Positions 34,830-44,029 of a stretch of DNA of 64,000 nucleotides are shown here, in pieces. Position 1 is the first letter of the stretch. Each line of letters starts with the position of its first letter. Source of the stretch: a virus; IMG/VR virus record IMGVR_UViG_3300045988_174937; one strand, given 5' to 3'. The notes beneath the pieces were generated by a model, which ran no database searches, was not told the origin of the DNA, and saw only the letters and a program-made list of their open reading frames with translations. The position numbers and the translations under genes are program-made.

Positions 34830-35758
34830 TTTTCAACAACCGCCAAATAGACGACATGGTCGGTATTCTCCGGCGCTGGCAGTACCTGTTCGTTGCCAAG
34901 CACGTCGGACTGGACTTTCTGACCCAGTCGGAGATCGACATCTTGGTGGCGTCAGGGGTCAACGTCGATAAGTACAAGAACACGAAAGGCATCATCGAAC
35001 ACGCTTTTCTGTTCGGTATCTTGGCTGAGGCACTCGGCGATCAACGCGCCAAGAAGATGAATTACAAGCAATTTCTCCAGTTCCTGAAGTCGGGAAATTT
35101 CGTACCGCTCACCGAGCAGGAGGAAAACGCGCTCAACTACCTCAAGAACCGCGCCTATACCGACATCACGTCGCTCGGCAACCGTATCGTTACCGGAACA
35201 CGGAACGCCATCCTCAAATCGAATTTCCGTCAGCAATCGGTAATACGTCAGCAAATCAAAGACAAGGCTATTCAAGCCGTTCAACTCCGTAAGGGAGCCC
35301 GGTATATAGCCAGCGAACTCGGAAACCTTACCCAAGACTGGGGACGCGATTGGCTGCGTATTGCGTACTACCTCCTGCACGAAGCCTACAACGTGGGCCG
35401 CTCTGAAAGTATTTTCAAGCAACACGGGCCTGACGCCAAAGTGTATTTCGACGTCTATCCAGGCGCGTGCGCTAAGTGCCGGGAGTTGTACTTAGAAGAC
35501 CCCGAGGACCCTACCTCGAAACCGAAACTGTTCCGTTTGGCGGACCTTATCGCTAACGGTAACAACATCGGTCGTAAGGCGGCAGAGTGGCTCCCTACGA
35601 TTAACCCGACGCACCCCTACTGCCGTTGTACGATTAATTACGTTCCTGACGGCTTTGATTGGGACCCCGCAACTCGCGCTTTCACCAAGCCCGTCAAACG
35701 CCAGTTTAAGGACCCAAAGTTAAAGAACTTGAAACTTAACATTAAAGTTACCAAATAA
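34826..35758 (+). CDS. MuF / SPP1 gp7-like minor head (head morphogenesis) protein
   Basis: C-terminal CAKCRELY...INPTHPYCRCT (the HPxCRC signature of the Phage_Mu_F family). ATG 34826 makes an ATGA overlap. Confidence 0.65.
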   Translation: MIFNNRQIDDMVGILRRWQYLFVAKHVGLDFLTQSEIDILVASGVNVDKYKNTKGIIEHAFLFGILAEALGDQRAKKMNYKQFLQFLKSGNFVPLTEQEENALNYLKNRAYTDITSLGNRIVTGTRNAILKSNFRQQSVIRQQIKDKAIQAVQLRKGARYIASELGNLTQDWGRDWLRIAYYLLHEAYNVGRSESIFKQHGPDAKVYFDVYPGACAKCRELYLEDPEDPTSKPKLFRLADLIANGNNIGRKAAEWLPTINPTHPYCRCTINYVPDGFDWDPATRAFTKPVKRQFKDPKLKNLKLNIKVTK

Positions 35759-36714
35759 TGAAAAACAAAATCGTACAAGACCCCCCGTTCACTATCCAGG
35801 TCGAGCCAACTGAGGGGTGTAACCTGGGATGTTCGTTTTGCGGTTTGCGCGGTATGCGTGAAAAAGGTACCAAACCGTGGCTCTTTATGACGCTTGAAAC
35901 TGCTGAGCGTATTGCGTCGGAAGTGGCTCGCGTGGGGTGGAAATGTAAAATCGTGTTTGCTATGCATGGCGAACCTACGTTAAACCCTAAGTTGGTTGAT
36001 ATTATCGGCGTGTTTCGTAAGTATTTGCCGAAAACCGTTTTTCACATGTACACTAACGGCTATGGCATCAACCGCACAGATGATACGGCGGCTTATCTCG
36101 ACCGTCTGTTCGAAGCAGGAATCAACGACATTTTGGTCGATTGCTATACTGCCAAGGGGGACTGGAATTTTGTGGATAAAATCGACATTGAAAAGTACAA
36201 CGTCACGGCCCTTGAACCTGGCGTTCCGTACTATCTCCCCAAGCAGGGGCGTCGTATTTTGCTGTTGCCGCCACTTACCGAGGATGACATCAACAAAGGA
36301 ACGCGTCGTCTGGCTAACCACTGCGGCGCGGCGTTCCCGCTCGACGACTCATTCAACAACAAACGCTGTACTTTCCCGTTCCGCGAACTGGATGTACGTT
36401 GGAACGGCCAGGTGTGCCTGTGCTGTGACGACTTCCGCGGCGAGTATCCTATCGCCAATATCCACGATATGCCTATCGAAGACCTCTGGAATCATCCGCG
36501 CTTCCACGCTGCCCGCGTGATGCTGTACAACAACGACCGTCGGTTCCGTCCGTGCCAGGGTTGTACACACGTCAGCGTCCGCGTCGGTTTCCTGCCTGAT
36601 AAGATGGGCAAGAAAACGCTCCCGCCTATCACGCCGGAAATTCGCCGTATGGCTGAGGACGTATCGAAGGACGGCCCCTGCGCCGAGATTTACAAACGGC
36701 CATGGGAAAAATAA
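35758..36714 (+). CDS. radical SAM enzyme with SPASM/twitch-like C-terminal Cys domain
   Basis: CNLGCSFC (CX3CX2C) near the N-terminus. GEP-type AMHGEPTLNP. C-terminal C-X12-G-X4-C plus CQGC. Confidence 0.75.
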   Translation: MKNKIVQDPPFTIQVEPTEGCNLGCSFCGLRGMREKGTKPWLFMTLETAERIASEVARVGWKCKIVFAMHGEPTLNPKLVDIIGVFRKYLPKTVFHMYTNGYGINRTDDTAAYLDRLFEAGINDILVDCYTAKGDWNFVDKIDIEKYNVTALEPGVPYYLPKQGRRILLLPPLTEDDINKGTRRLANHCGAAFPLDDSFNNKRCTFPFRELDVRWNGQVCLCCDDFRGEYPIANIHDMPIEDLWNHPRFHAARVMLYNNDRRFRPCQGCTHVSVRVGFLPDKMGKKTLPPITPEIRRMAEDVSKDGPCAEIYKRPWEK

Positions 36715-37382
36715 AGTACCTCTGTGTCGAGCCGCACGCAGGTGACCTCCTGATGAGCGCTTGTCACGTTTTAGTAGCACCCGAATATGACGTTCGGGTG
36801 CTTACTGTAGATAGCGACCCAAAACGCGTCGAGGAACAGCGCCAACTGTGTGATTTTCTTGGTATAGCTATGGACTATCTGGACCTGGAGTTAGAAGATG
36901 TCCGTTGTAGCAATTTTCAGAGCCAATGTAGGGATTTAAGCTATGAAGCGGTCTATACGTATCTTCGGAATAAATACGACTCTGACGGGCTTAATTTCGC
37001 TGAACAAACGCTTCGCGATTATTTGCGTAAGTTTATGCGCCGCAACCCCGGTTACACGTTACTGGCGCCTCTCGGTGCAGGACACCCGTTCAACCAGTTT
37101 ATCCACGATACGGTATATGACACGGCGTCCAGCGCGGAATATTATCGCGACTTCCCTTATTCGTATGCATCGCGAGGCCGTGAACAAGTACGCGTGCAAT
37201 GTTATAACAGCGAAAACCTACTGATGAAACGCCGGGTATCGTGCGACGATATGTTTGACGTTAAGTGGGAGTTGGTTATACGGTTTTATCCTTCGTTGGA
37301 AGCCACTATGGATAAATACCAGCGTTTTATAGAGCAGAACCCGCCCGAGGAAATATGGTACGAGGGTGAATTACCGTTTTGA
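36702..37382 (+). CDS. LmbE/PIG-L-like (GlcNAc-conjugate deacetylase fold) protein
   Basis: YLCVEPHAGDLLM sits where vLvvsaHPDDe is expected. TLLAPLGAGHPFNQFIHD sits where the HxDH motif is expected. 13-nt overlap with the rSAM gene. Confidence 0.4.
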   Translation: MGKIKYLCVEPHAGDLLMSACHVLVAPEYDVRVLTVDSDPKRVEEQRQLCDFLGIAMDYLDLELEDVRCSNFQSQCRDLSYEAVYTYLRNKYDSDGLNFAEQTLRDYLRKFMRRNPGYTLLAPLGAGHPFNQFIHDTVYDTASSAEYYRDFPYSYASRGREQVRVQCYNSENLLMKRRVSCDDMFDVKWELVIRFYPSLEATMDKYQRFIEQNPPEEIWYEGELPF

Positions 37383-37438
37383 CGTTGTGTTCACGTTTTC
37401 ACAAGTATATCAAACGTGTAAACCTAAAATTGCAAAAT

Positions 37439-38866
37439 ATGAAAGTTCTTATTGGTGAATTTGTAATGAGCCCTTACGGAGGCATCGCTGCCTATGTAAC
37501 GGAGATAATTAAAGGGTTCAAATCTCTGGGGTGTGATGTCGACTTGTTTCGGCTTTCCCCCAGTAAGATAACCCAAAAGGCGTATGACGCTAAATGTGCT
37601 GAGTTGAAATCTGGCGATTATAAGTATAAGTCGTCGTCGGGTTTTGAATACGACGCAAATGTTGGCTATTGGTGCAACAGCATAGAGGGCTACATGCTTC
37701 CGCCCTCTAACCGAATTCCGGTCTACGAAGAGGGGGCGCTCGAACAGTGGCATAAATTGGCGGACACGGCGGATATCGTTCTATGGAATTTCCTTCCTAC
37801 GCATAACCGCGCCTGGGAGGGTAAAAACGGACAGCCGTTCGATTATTGGTACAAATTCTTCGACTTGCCGTCCAGTGTATCACAGGTGTATATCGTGCAT
37901 GATATTTCGCCTGACAAACGCAATACATATCTTTCTGTGCTAAAGGACAAGATTCTGTTCTTGGCCGTTGCTCACCTTGTGGGATACAAATGCTGTGAGA
38001 ATATCGGCATACCGCGCTCTTTGCTTCTCAATCCACGCTTTCTTGACGAGAAGAAGAGCCCGGCTACGCCGATGAAGTCGCGCGAGGTGGATTTCTTTGC
38101 AGGGCACATTTTCAAGCCAGTTAAGCACTTGGAAGAGTACATTCGCGCTATTCCGTACATTAACGCCAAGAAGCAGCACACATGTTGGTTGGCGGGTGCA
38201 GGAATCGAACAGAACTACATGACGGCTCCGGTGAAAATTAAGCCGCGATACATATGCTCTAAAACCTATGATCCCGACTTGGACCCGGCCCTTGAGGGTA
38301 AGGTTACTATTTGGAACCGGGCCTTGGAATGCGGCATGGAGTACTTTGGGCTGTTGAGTGTTAGCCAGGTAAGCGACGTGCTGGATAACGCTAAGTTTGC
38401 CATTGACCCGCAATACAGCCCGTATGGTTCGCTTCATGGCCGTACTCACATAAATGGGTTCATCATCGAAGCACTTGTCCATGGTACATATCCCGTAATA
38501 CGAGATTATCGTGGCATTACGCCGGAAAGTCTTACAGTTGAAGACCCGATTTTCGACGTAATGGAAAAGATAGCCATTCCCTGGGATGCGACCCCAAAAC
38601 AGTTTGCTCAGATGTTAAAAGACGCTTTGCGTATGGACCCTGAAAAGTACCTCGCTGATACGGACCATAATTACAAAGTGGCTTTGGAATTGTTTAACGC
38701 TCGCGCCAATGCTGAAGAAATAATTCGTATTTGTAAGGGCGGGAAGAAATATGTCAACAAACACCTGGAATGTGGCGAAGATTCTCCAGAGGTGCAAAAG
38801 AGTACCAATAAGATGATGGAAGAATTTTTCCACATACCACTGCCTCTCAAATGGGAGAACAAGTAA
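37439..38866 (+). CDS. GT-B fold glycosyltransferase (GT4-like)
   Basis: Track start TTG 37379 trimmed to ATG 37439. N-terminal MKVLIGEFVMSPYGGIAAYV. C-terminal NGFIIEALVHGTYPVI (EX7E-like). Confidence 0.55.
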   Translation: MKVLIGEFVMSPYGGIAAYVTEIIKGFKSLGCDVDLFRLSPSKITQKAYDAKCAELKSGDYKYKSSSGFEYDANVGYWCNSIEGYMLPPSNRIPVYEEGALEQWHKLADTADIVLWNFLPTHNRAWEGKNGQPFDYWYKFFDLPSSVSQVYIVHDISPDKRNTYLSVLKDKILFLAVAHLVGYKCCENIGIPRSLLLNPRFLDEKKSPATPMKSREVDFFAGHIFKPVKHLEEYIRAIPYINAKKQHTCWLAGAGIEQNYMTAPVKIKPRYICSKTYDPDLDPALEGKVTIWNRALECGMEYFGLLSVSQVSDVLDNAKFAIDPQYSPYGSLHGRTHINGFIIEALVHGTYPVIRDYRGITPESLTVEDPIFDVMEKIAIPWDATPKQFAQMLKDALRMDPEKYLADTDHNYKVALELFNARANAEEIIRICKGGKKYVNKHLECGEDSPEVQKSTNKMMEEFFHIPLPLKWENK

Positions 38867-38867
38867 C

Positions 38868-38898
38868 AACAGGGGATGCTTTCGAGGCATCCCCTGTT
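38868..38898 (+). terminator. rho-independent terminator
   Basis: Stem AACAGGGGATGC/GCATCCCCTGTT with loop TTTCGAG. Confidence 0.75.
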
Positions 38899-38933
38899 TG
38901 TATGCCAAATATAAGTTTACAAATGCTTATTTT

Positions 38934-40688
38934 ATGGTAGAACAATTTGAAAAAGCGAAGCACAACGTCGGCGACCACCACCCTACCCAGCCGTGGGTGT
39001 GGACGGAATACAAGCCTGGCAAATTCGATTGGCGTCACGAGAAAAAGAACGCTAAACCCAAGCCCAGCGCCGATACTGGCAAAGAGTCGGGTAATTCGGG
39101 TCCTGTGACGAGTCTTGAAGCGTGGGCCAAGAAGACCAGCGACGATAACCTTTTGAAGGTTGTTAACAACCCTAAAGGCAGCGCCCAGTTGCGGCATATT
39201 GCCTACAACGAGTTGAAATCTCGTAACGCCGATATGTCGCAGGTGGACACCAGCGGAACGCTGTCCACGTTGCTGAAGATGACTACTCAACAGGACCCTG
39301 TTGCGCCTACCACCACCGGAGCCAAGGTGGACATCAACGACGGCGAGGGCGGTAACGACGATGGCGAAATCGTCGAAGACTGGTTCCTCAACCCTGAGGA
39401 CCCGCGCATTCAGAAAAAGTTCAACAAACTCCAGAGCCGTCAAGACCGTATCGCTTACGACCGCTTCGTCTATGCGATGAAGAAAAAGGACCCCGATTAC
39501 GAACCGCCCGTTGAGGTCATGTACGACCTGAACCGCCAGTATCTGGAGTTCCTCGATAACAAGGAGCAGCGGTTCATGATATCGGCTGGCGGTGCAGGTA
39601 TCGGTAAATCTTACGGTTTCAAGAAGATTGCCGAACTGCTCAACAAGCGTCCGTTCGACGCTGAAACCGACTCTCCGGGTGACGGCGACTATGACTACGT
39701 TGAACTCGGCGATATCAACTCCAAGAAGCAACTGCTGGGCGTACTGAAAGCCCACAACGGTAAGATTCTTCTGTTCGACGATACCGATTCCGTTATCACC
39801 CGCACCGACCTGGCTTCTATCATGAAGAAAGCCACCGCCGCTTCAGGTAAGCGCGTGGTCGGCGACCCGGAGGACGTCAAGTCGAATTTCGTATTCACGG
39901 GCCGTATCATTATCATGACCAACAAGGACCTCGTGAATCTTTCGAAGAACGAGGACACTAAGGCCATCATTTCGCGTGCTACGCTGACGTCGGAGGTATA
40001 TCTTACCGTCGATGAAACTATCGAGGTTCTGAAGGACCGCTACGAGGAAATGGACATCCCCCAGCAGCCGCACCTCGAAGACCCCGAAGAGGACAAGAAG
40101 GAGCGCAAGGAGCTGTACGACCTTATCGTCAAGAATAAGAACAAAATCGACCCCGCTAAGTTTACCACCCGTACCTTTGGAACCATCCTGTCGGAGAAGC
40201 GTTCTACCGACCGTTCTAACAGGATGGCCAAGATAGGCGGTGAGTGGACCAACCTCATCGGCGATAAGCAAAAGGAGTGGGAGCGGGCCGCAGTACGTGC
40301 ACTGACGAAAGGATTCGTGTACGAGGCCATCCAGCCCGTCGAAACCTCCGACGAGATAGCCAAGGCTGAAGCGCTGCTCGACTCCGCAGAATCGCTCGAA
40401 AAGGCCGATTTTACCGAAAAGCAGCGTGAGCGTCTTGCCGACAAAAAGGAGGCTCTCCCTGACGGTTCGTTCCCGATTCGTAACAAGTCCGACCTGAAGA
40501 ACGCCATCCGTCTGGCCGGCAACGCCAAGAATCCTGAACGCGCCCGGCGTTGGATTAAACGCCGCGCCAAATCGCTCGGTGCCGAGGATATGATTCCCGA
40601 TACGTGGAAAGCCCGTGCCACGGACCTCGGTGCATTACCCGCCGACGATATGTCGATTGAAAAAGCAGAAACCCTTTTGTTCGGATAG
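38934..40688 (+). CDS. P-loop AAA+-like ATPase with C-terminal LPDGSFPIRNKSDLKNAIRLAG motif
   Basis: Walker A GGAGIGKS, Walker B KILLFDDTD, sensor-like IIIMTN. Track start trimmed to ATG 38934. Confidence 0.55.
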   Translation: MVEQFEKAKHNVGDHHPTQPWVWTEYKPGKFDWRHEKKNAKPKPSADTGKESGNSGPVTSLEAWAKKTSDDNLLKVVNNPKGSAQLRHIAYNELKSRNADMSQVDTSGTLSTLLKMTTQQDPVAPTTTGAKVDINDGEGGNDDGEIVEDWFLNPEDPRIQKKFNKLQSRQDRIAYDRFVYAMKKKDPDYEPPVEVMYDLNRQYLEFLDNKEQRFMISAGGAGIGKSYGFKKIAELLNKRPFDAETDSPGDGDYDYVELGDINSKKQLLGVLKAHNGKILLFDDTDSVITRTDLASIMKKATAASGKRVVGDPEDVKSNFVFTGRIIIMTNKDLVNLSKNEDTKAIISRATLTSEVYLTVDETIEVLKDRYEEMDIPQQPHLEDPEEDKKERKELYDLIVKNKNKIDPAKFTTRTFGTILSEKRSTDRSNRMAKIGGEWTNLIGDKQKEWERAAVRALTKGFVYEAIQPVETSDEIAKAEALLDSAESLEKADFTEKQRERLADKKEALPDGSFPIRNKSDLKNAIRLAGNAKNPERARRWIKRRAKSLGAEDMIPDTWKARATDLGALPADDMSIEKAETLLFG

Positions 40689-40691
40689 TTT

Positions 40692-43073
40692 ATGGACGAA
40701 CTGAGAAAAGCGCTGGAAACTTTCGCCCTCCGTAATGCCGAGGGCGATGTTTCTGACGCCGTATTGGAGAAAGCCTGTGAAGCGTACAAGGCCCGTTCCG
40801 AGTTCGTCGATGACTACGAGTACAGCCTGTATGTAACCAAGTCGTTGTACGACCATCTCCACGGCGTTGAACAGGACCCGGATATCGTAAAGGCTATCAT
40901 GCCTGGTCAGACTAAGGTAGTCAATGGCGTGGTGTACATTTGGACGCTTACACCAAACGCCAAAACTACCTACGACTGGCGTGTGTACAAGAATCCTCAA
41001 GGCATACCTGTTGGAAAAGGGGCTTTTCGTTCCAAAGTCATGTTGGCTCAACAGGAAAAGGAGGTGAATGAAATGTTCCCCGCCGACCCCTCGCAGCTGA
41101 CCTTTGTACAGAAATTAGGCGGTTCCACGGGAGCCGTCCTGATGAAGGATGCCAAGGGCCGCGAATTTGTCGTCAAGAGTTCAAAGAACACCAATCGCGG
41201 TCACGTTGCGGCAGAGTACTACGCCGCGCAGGTGTACAGTCTCTTGGGGTTGGACACGCCGGACTATGAGTTGTATGACGACGGCACCGACCTGACGCTT
41301 ATCTCGAATTACATGCGTGGTATGTCCGAACCCCAGGTTAAGGACTATGACGCCATGGCTAAAGGTTTTGTTGTTGACGCCTTTCTGGCCAACTGGGATG
41401 TCTATCAGAACGACAACTGCCTGGTAGATGCGGCAGGAAAGGTTTACCGCGTCGATAATGGCAGTGCGTTCAATTACCGGGCACAAGGAGCCAAAAAACC
41501 GTTCAACGACCAAATCGACTGGGACGGCATGGTACGCTACAATCCCAGTATCATAGCCAACCTCAAGCCACAGGATTTTATTGACCAGATTGACGCGCTT
41601 AAAGCCCGTAAAGAAGAAATTCTGGCATTTTTCGACGCTGGAAGATTGGCGTCGAAGCCTAAGATGCGTGCCATAATCGAGGCCCGATTCAAGGACCTGG
41701 ACCGCATCCGCGGGTACTACGAGGTTGAGTTGCGCCGCACCACGCGCCAAGTTAAACCTCGGACGCTGAAATCTCAAGCGGATATGTACCGCGAATTTAC
41801 AGAGGACGAGGTGAACGATTTTTGGCAGAATCAGGACGGTGGCGCCTACTATCGAAAATTACAAAGACACGGCGGAGATACCGGGTGGGAGTTGCTTTCC
41901 ACCATTTGTGCCGCTCGTGGTTTTGATGCTCGCCCCGATGTCGTTGACGACGCTGCGTTCTGGGCCAAGGCGGCTTCGGCTAAGTATCATATGTTCCGCG
42001 GCGTTGCCCCGCGTGGAAGCGACAAAAACTACTTTGCCGACGACTTCAAATACAACGACGCCTGCTATTATGGAACTGTTGGTATCTACGGCGAGGGAAT
42101 TTATTTTCACGTCAACGACTCCAGCAACGCCGACCGCACTCCTTCGGGATACAAAAAGACTTCGGCATACCATAACGTACTCGGATACGCTGGCGCTGGC
42201 GCCGTTATTGAGGCGTGTCTCGAGGACGACGCCAAGGTCATAACCGTCGCGGACGCCATGGAGGAGGTCAGGCAGTTGGCTGCTGGTAACTCAGCAGCAC
42301 TGAAAGCCGCACAGGCCGAACTCGACAACGCTAAGGCCGAATATGACCGTGTCAGCGACGAACTCGAAAACCTTACCGATAACACCAAGAAGCAGGTTAA
42401 GTCCAGTATGCACTGGGACGATGCTTCGTATATCGACATTCCGTTGCAGATTGACCAAATAATCGACTGGGGTGCTATCGACGATGACGGCAACCCGGCG
42501 TACATGAAATTCGACGACTTCATGGACAACCACCTCCGTGGCTGGGTCACCGCTAACGGCGGCACTATCACGGAAAAGGGTAACGGTACGGGCGATTACG
42601 TTATCAAGATGCCGAATACGGCGGAACGGTTCGTGTTCTCGCGCTATCGGTACGAGAACGACGCCATCAAGCGCAAGAACGGTTTCGCCCGCCCTTACAA
42701 CTACCCCGTTCGCCAGTTCAAGGAATGGATTATGCGCGAGCACTACGGTAAAATCGAGGACGCTGTGGAAGAAGCCGTTAACAACCTCGGCGACGAAATC
42801 AAGCGTCTTCAGGGAGAGCAGCGTAAAGCGTACACCGTTTATCAGGATAAGCGCGATGCGGTGAGCAAAATCAACGTAACCTCTGTTGGCGACCCTGATA
42901 AGGATATCTATGCCGCTATTTACAAAAGCGTTCATGAGGGCCACGATAAGGAACCGTTGGGAGTTTATGCCGCTTTGAAAGGATACGACGCTCTCATCCA
43001 ACCCAACGGTAACTACTGTGGTAACTCCTTCATGATTGTGCTGAACCGCTCGAAAATCATTACTCGAAAATAG
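40692..43073 (+). CDS. large multidomain protein: protein-kinase-like domain plus ADP-ribosyltransferase-like domain
   Basis: Kinase-like features: FVVKSSK, AAEYYAAQ, ANWDVYQNDN and RVDNG (~41094-41592). ART-like features: HMFRGV...GIYGEGIYFHV...AVIEACL (~41905-42255). Confidence 0.45.
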   Translation: MDELRKALETFALRNAEGDVSDAVLEKACEAYKARSEFVDDYEYSLYVTKSLYDHLHGVEQDPDIVKAIMPGQTKVVNGVVYIWTLTPNAKTTYDWRVYKNPQGIPVGKGAFRSKVMLAQQEKEVNEMFPADPSQLTFVQKLGGSTGAVLMKDAKGREFVVKSSKNTNRGHVAAEYYAAQVYSLLGLDTPDYELYDDGTDLTLISNYMRGMSEPQVKDYDAMAKGFVVDAFLANWDVYQNDNCLVDAAGKVYRVDNGSAFNYRAQGAKKPFNDQIDWDGMVRYNPSIIANLKPQDFIDQIDALKARKEEILAFFDAGRLASKPKMRAIIEARFKDLDRIRGYYEVELRRTTRQVKPRTLKSQADMYREFTEDEVNDFWQNQDGGAYYRKLQRHGGDTGWELLSTICAARGFDARPDVVDDAAFWAKAASAKYHMFRGVAPRGSDKNYFADDFKYNDACYYGTVGIYGEGIYFHVNDSSNADRTPSGYKKTSAYHNVLGYAGAGAVIEACLEDDAKVITVADAMEEVRQLAAGNSAALKAAQAELDNAKAEYDRVSDELENLTDNTKKQVKSSMHWDDASYIDIPLQIDQIIDWGAIDDDGNPAYMKFDDFMDNHLRGWVTANGGTITEKGNGTGDYVIKMPNTAERFVFSRYRYENDAIKRKNGFARPYNYPVRQFKEWIMREHYGKIEDAVEEAVNNLGDEIKRLQGEQRKAYTVYQDKRDAVSKINVTSVGDPDKDIYAAIYKSVHEGHDKEPLGVYAALKGYDALIQPNGNYCGNSFMIVLNRSKIITRK

Positions 43074-43074
43074 T

Positions 43075-43491
43075 ATGAAAAAGAAACCACAATACGGTAT
43101 ATCGCGCATGCGGACAACCTCGGTTGTTGGCGGTATGGCGTCGCCGTATGTAAATCTTAAACAACCCTCGGAGTTGATACCGTTCAAAGGCGATTTGCCG
43201 ATGCTGAACGATATTGACGCCATAAAGTTTCGTGATACTATTCGCGAGACGCTATCGTTGGACGAGTTGAGTCCTCTGTTCCAGCGTGTGGCCATGGAGG
43301 GTCATCGTATCGCAATTATGGAGGACGGGTTCACGCGTTACCTCCGGAAGCAAGGTATTACGCCTGGCGAATTTGTAAAATTAAGCAACTCCGATAAATC
43401 GGATTACTTGCTGGATTGGATGAACATGAACTCAATCAGTTTGGAATCGCTTAAAATTACAGTACACCATGGCGAACATTACGTACAATAA
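43075..43491 (+). CDS. hypothetical protein
   Basis: 138 aa, ATG start. Confidence 0.45.
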   Translation: MKKKPQYGISRMRTTSVVGGMASPYVNLKQPSELIPFKGDLPMLNDIDAIKFRDTIRETLSLDELSPLFQRVAMEGHRIAIMEDGFTRYLRKQGITPGEFVKLSNSDKSDYLLDWMNMNSISLESLKITVHHGEHYVQ

Positions 43492-43993
43492 TCCTTCGGC
43501 ATTCGCGATTAACGACACCGTGAAGGACCTTATCAGCCGCGTGGCTGACGCTACTAAAAACCCCGACGTCGTTATCACTTCGACGTTGCGTACTCCTGAA
43601 GCCCAGGCCAAGGCCATGGCCGATAACCTTTACGCCGGCAAGCGTATTCGTTACCGCGCTCCGGGTGCGGCCGTCACCAAGGTATTCGACGACAACTGCA
43701 AGAAAATGGCCCGTTCCGAGGTTGAGAAACTGATGGTGGCTGAAATCGAACGTCAGGCCGCCATGGGTCAGCGCGTATCGCTTCATTGCACGACGGAAGA
43801 GTTGTATCGCCAGTGTAACATCATCGACCTGTCGATTGTGCGAATGAAGAATCCGCGTGACTTCACCAACGCGTTGGCCAACGAGGAAAAGTGCCGCAAG
43901 ATTATCACGCCGCTGAGCGACGTAAAGTACGCCAGCGCCAAGGTATCTGTAGACGCCAACGAACCCGCGTTGCACGTTGAAATTATGGCGTGA
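43469..43993 (+). CDS. LAS-type (peptidase M15-like) zinc peptidase candidate
   Basis: VITSTLRTPEAQAKAM, VSLHCTT...NIIDLS and the terminal EPALHVEI resemble the SxHxxGxAxD and wHxE elements of M15 peptidases. Confidence 0.35.
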   Translation: MANITYNNPSAFAINDTVKDLISRVADATKNPDVVITSTLRTPEAQAKAMADNLYAGKRIRYRAPGAAVTKVFDDNCKKMARSEVEKLMVAEIERQAAMGQRVSLHCTTEELYRQCNIIDLSIVRMKNPRDFTNALANEEKCRKIITPLSDVKYASAKVSVDANEPALHVEIMA

Positions 43994-43999
43994 CAATTA

Positions 44000-44007
44000 T
44001 AAGTTTG
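44000..44007 (+). promoter_or_regulatory. -7 box TAAGTTTG upstream of the fibre gene
   Basis: Fits TAnnTTTG, 22 nt before ATG 44030. Confidence 0.35.
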
Positions 44008-44029
44008 TAAATTTATAAATCATAACAAT

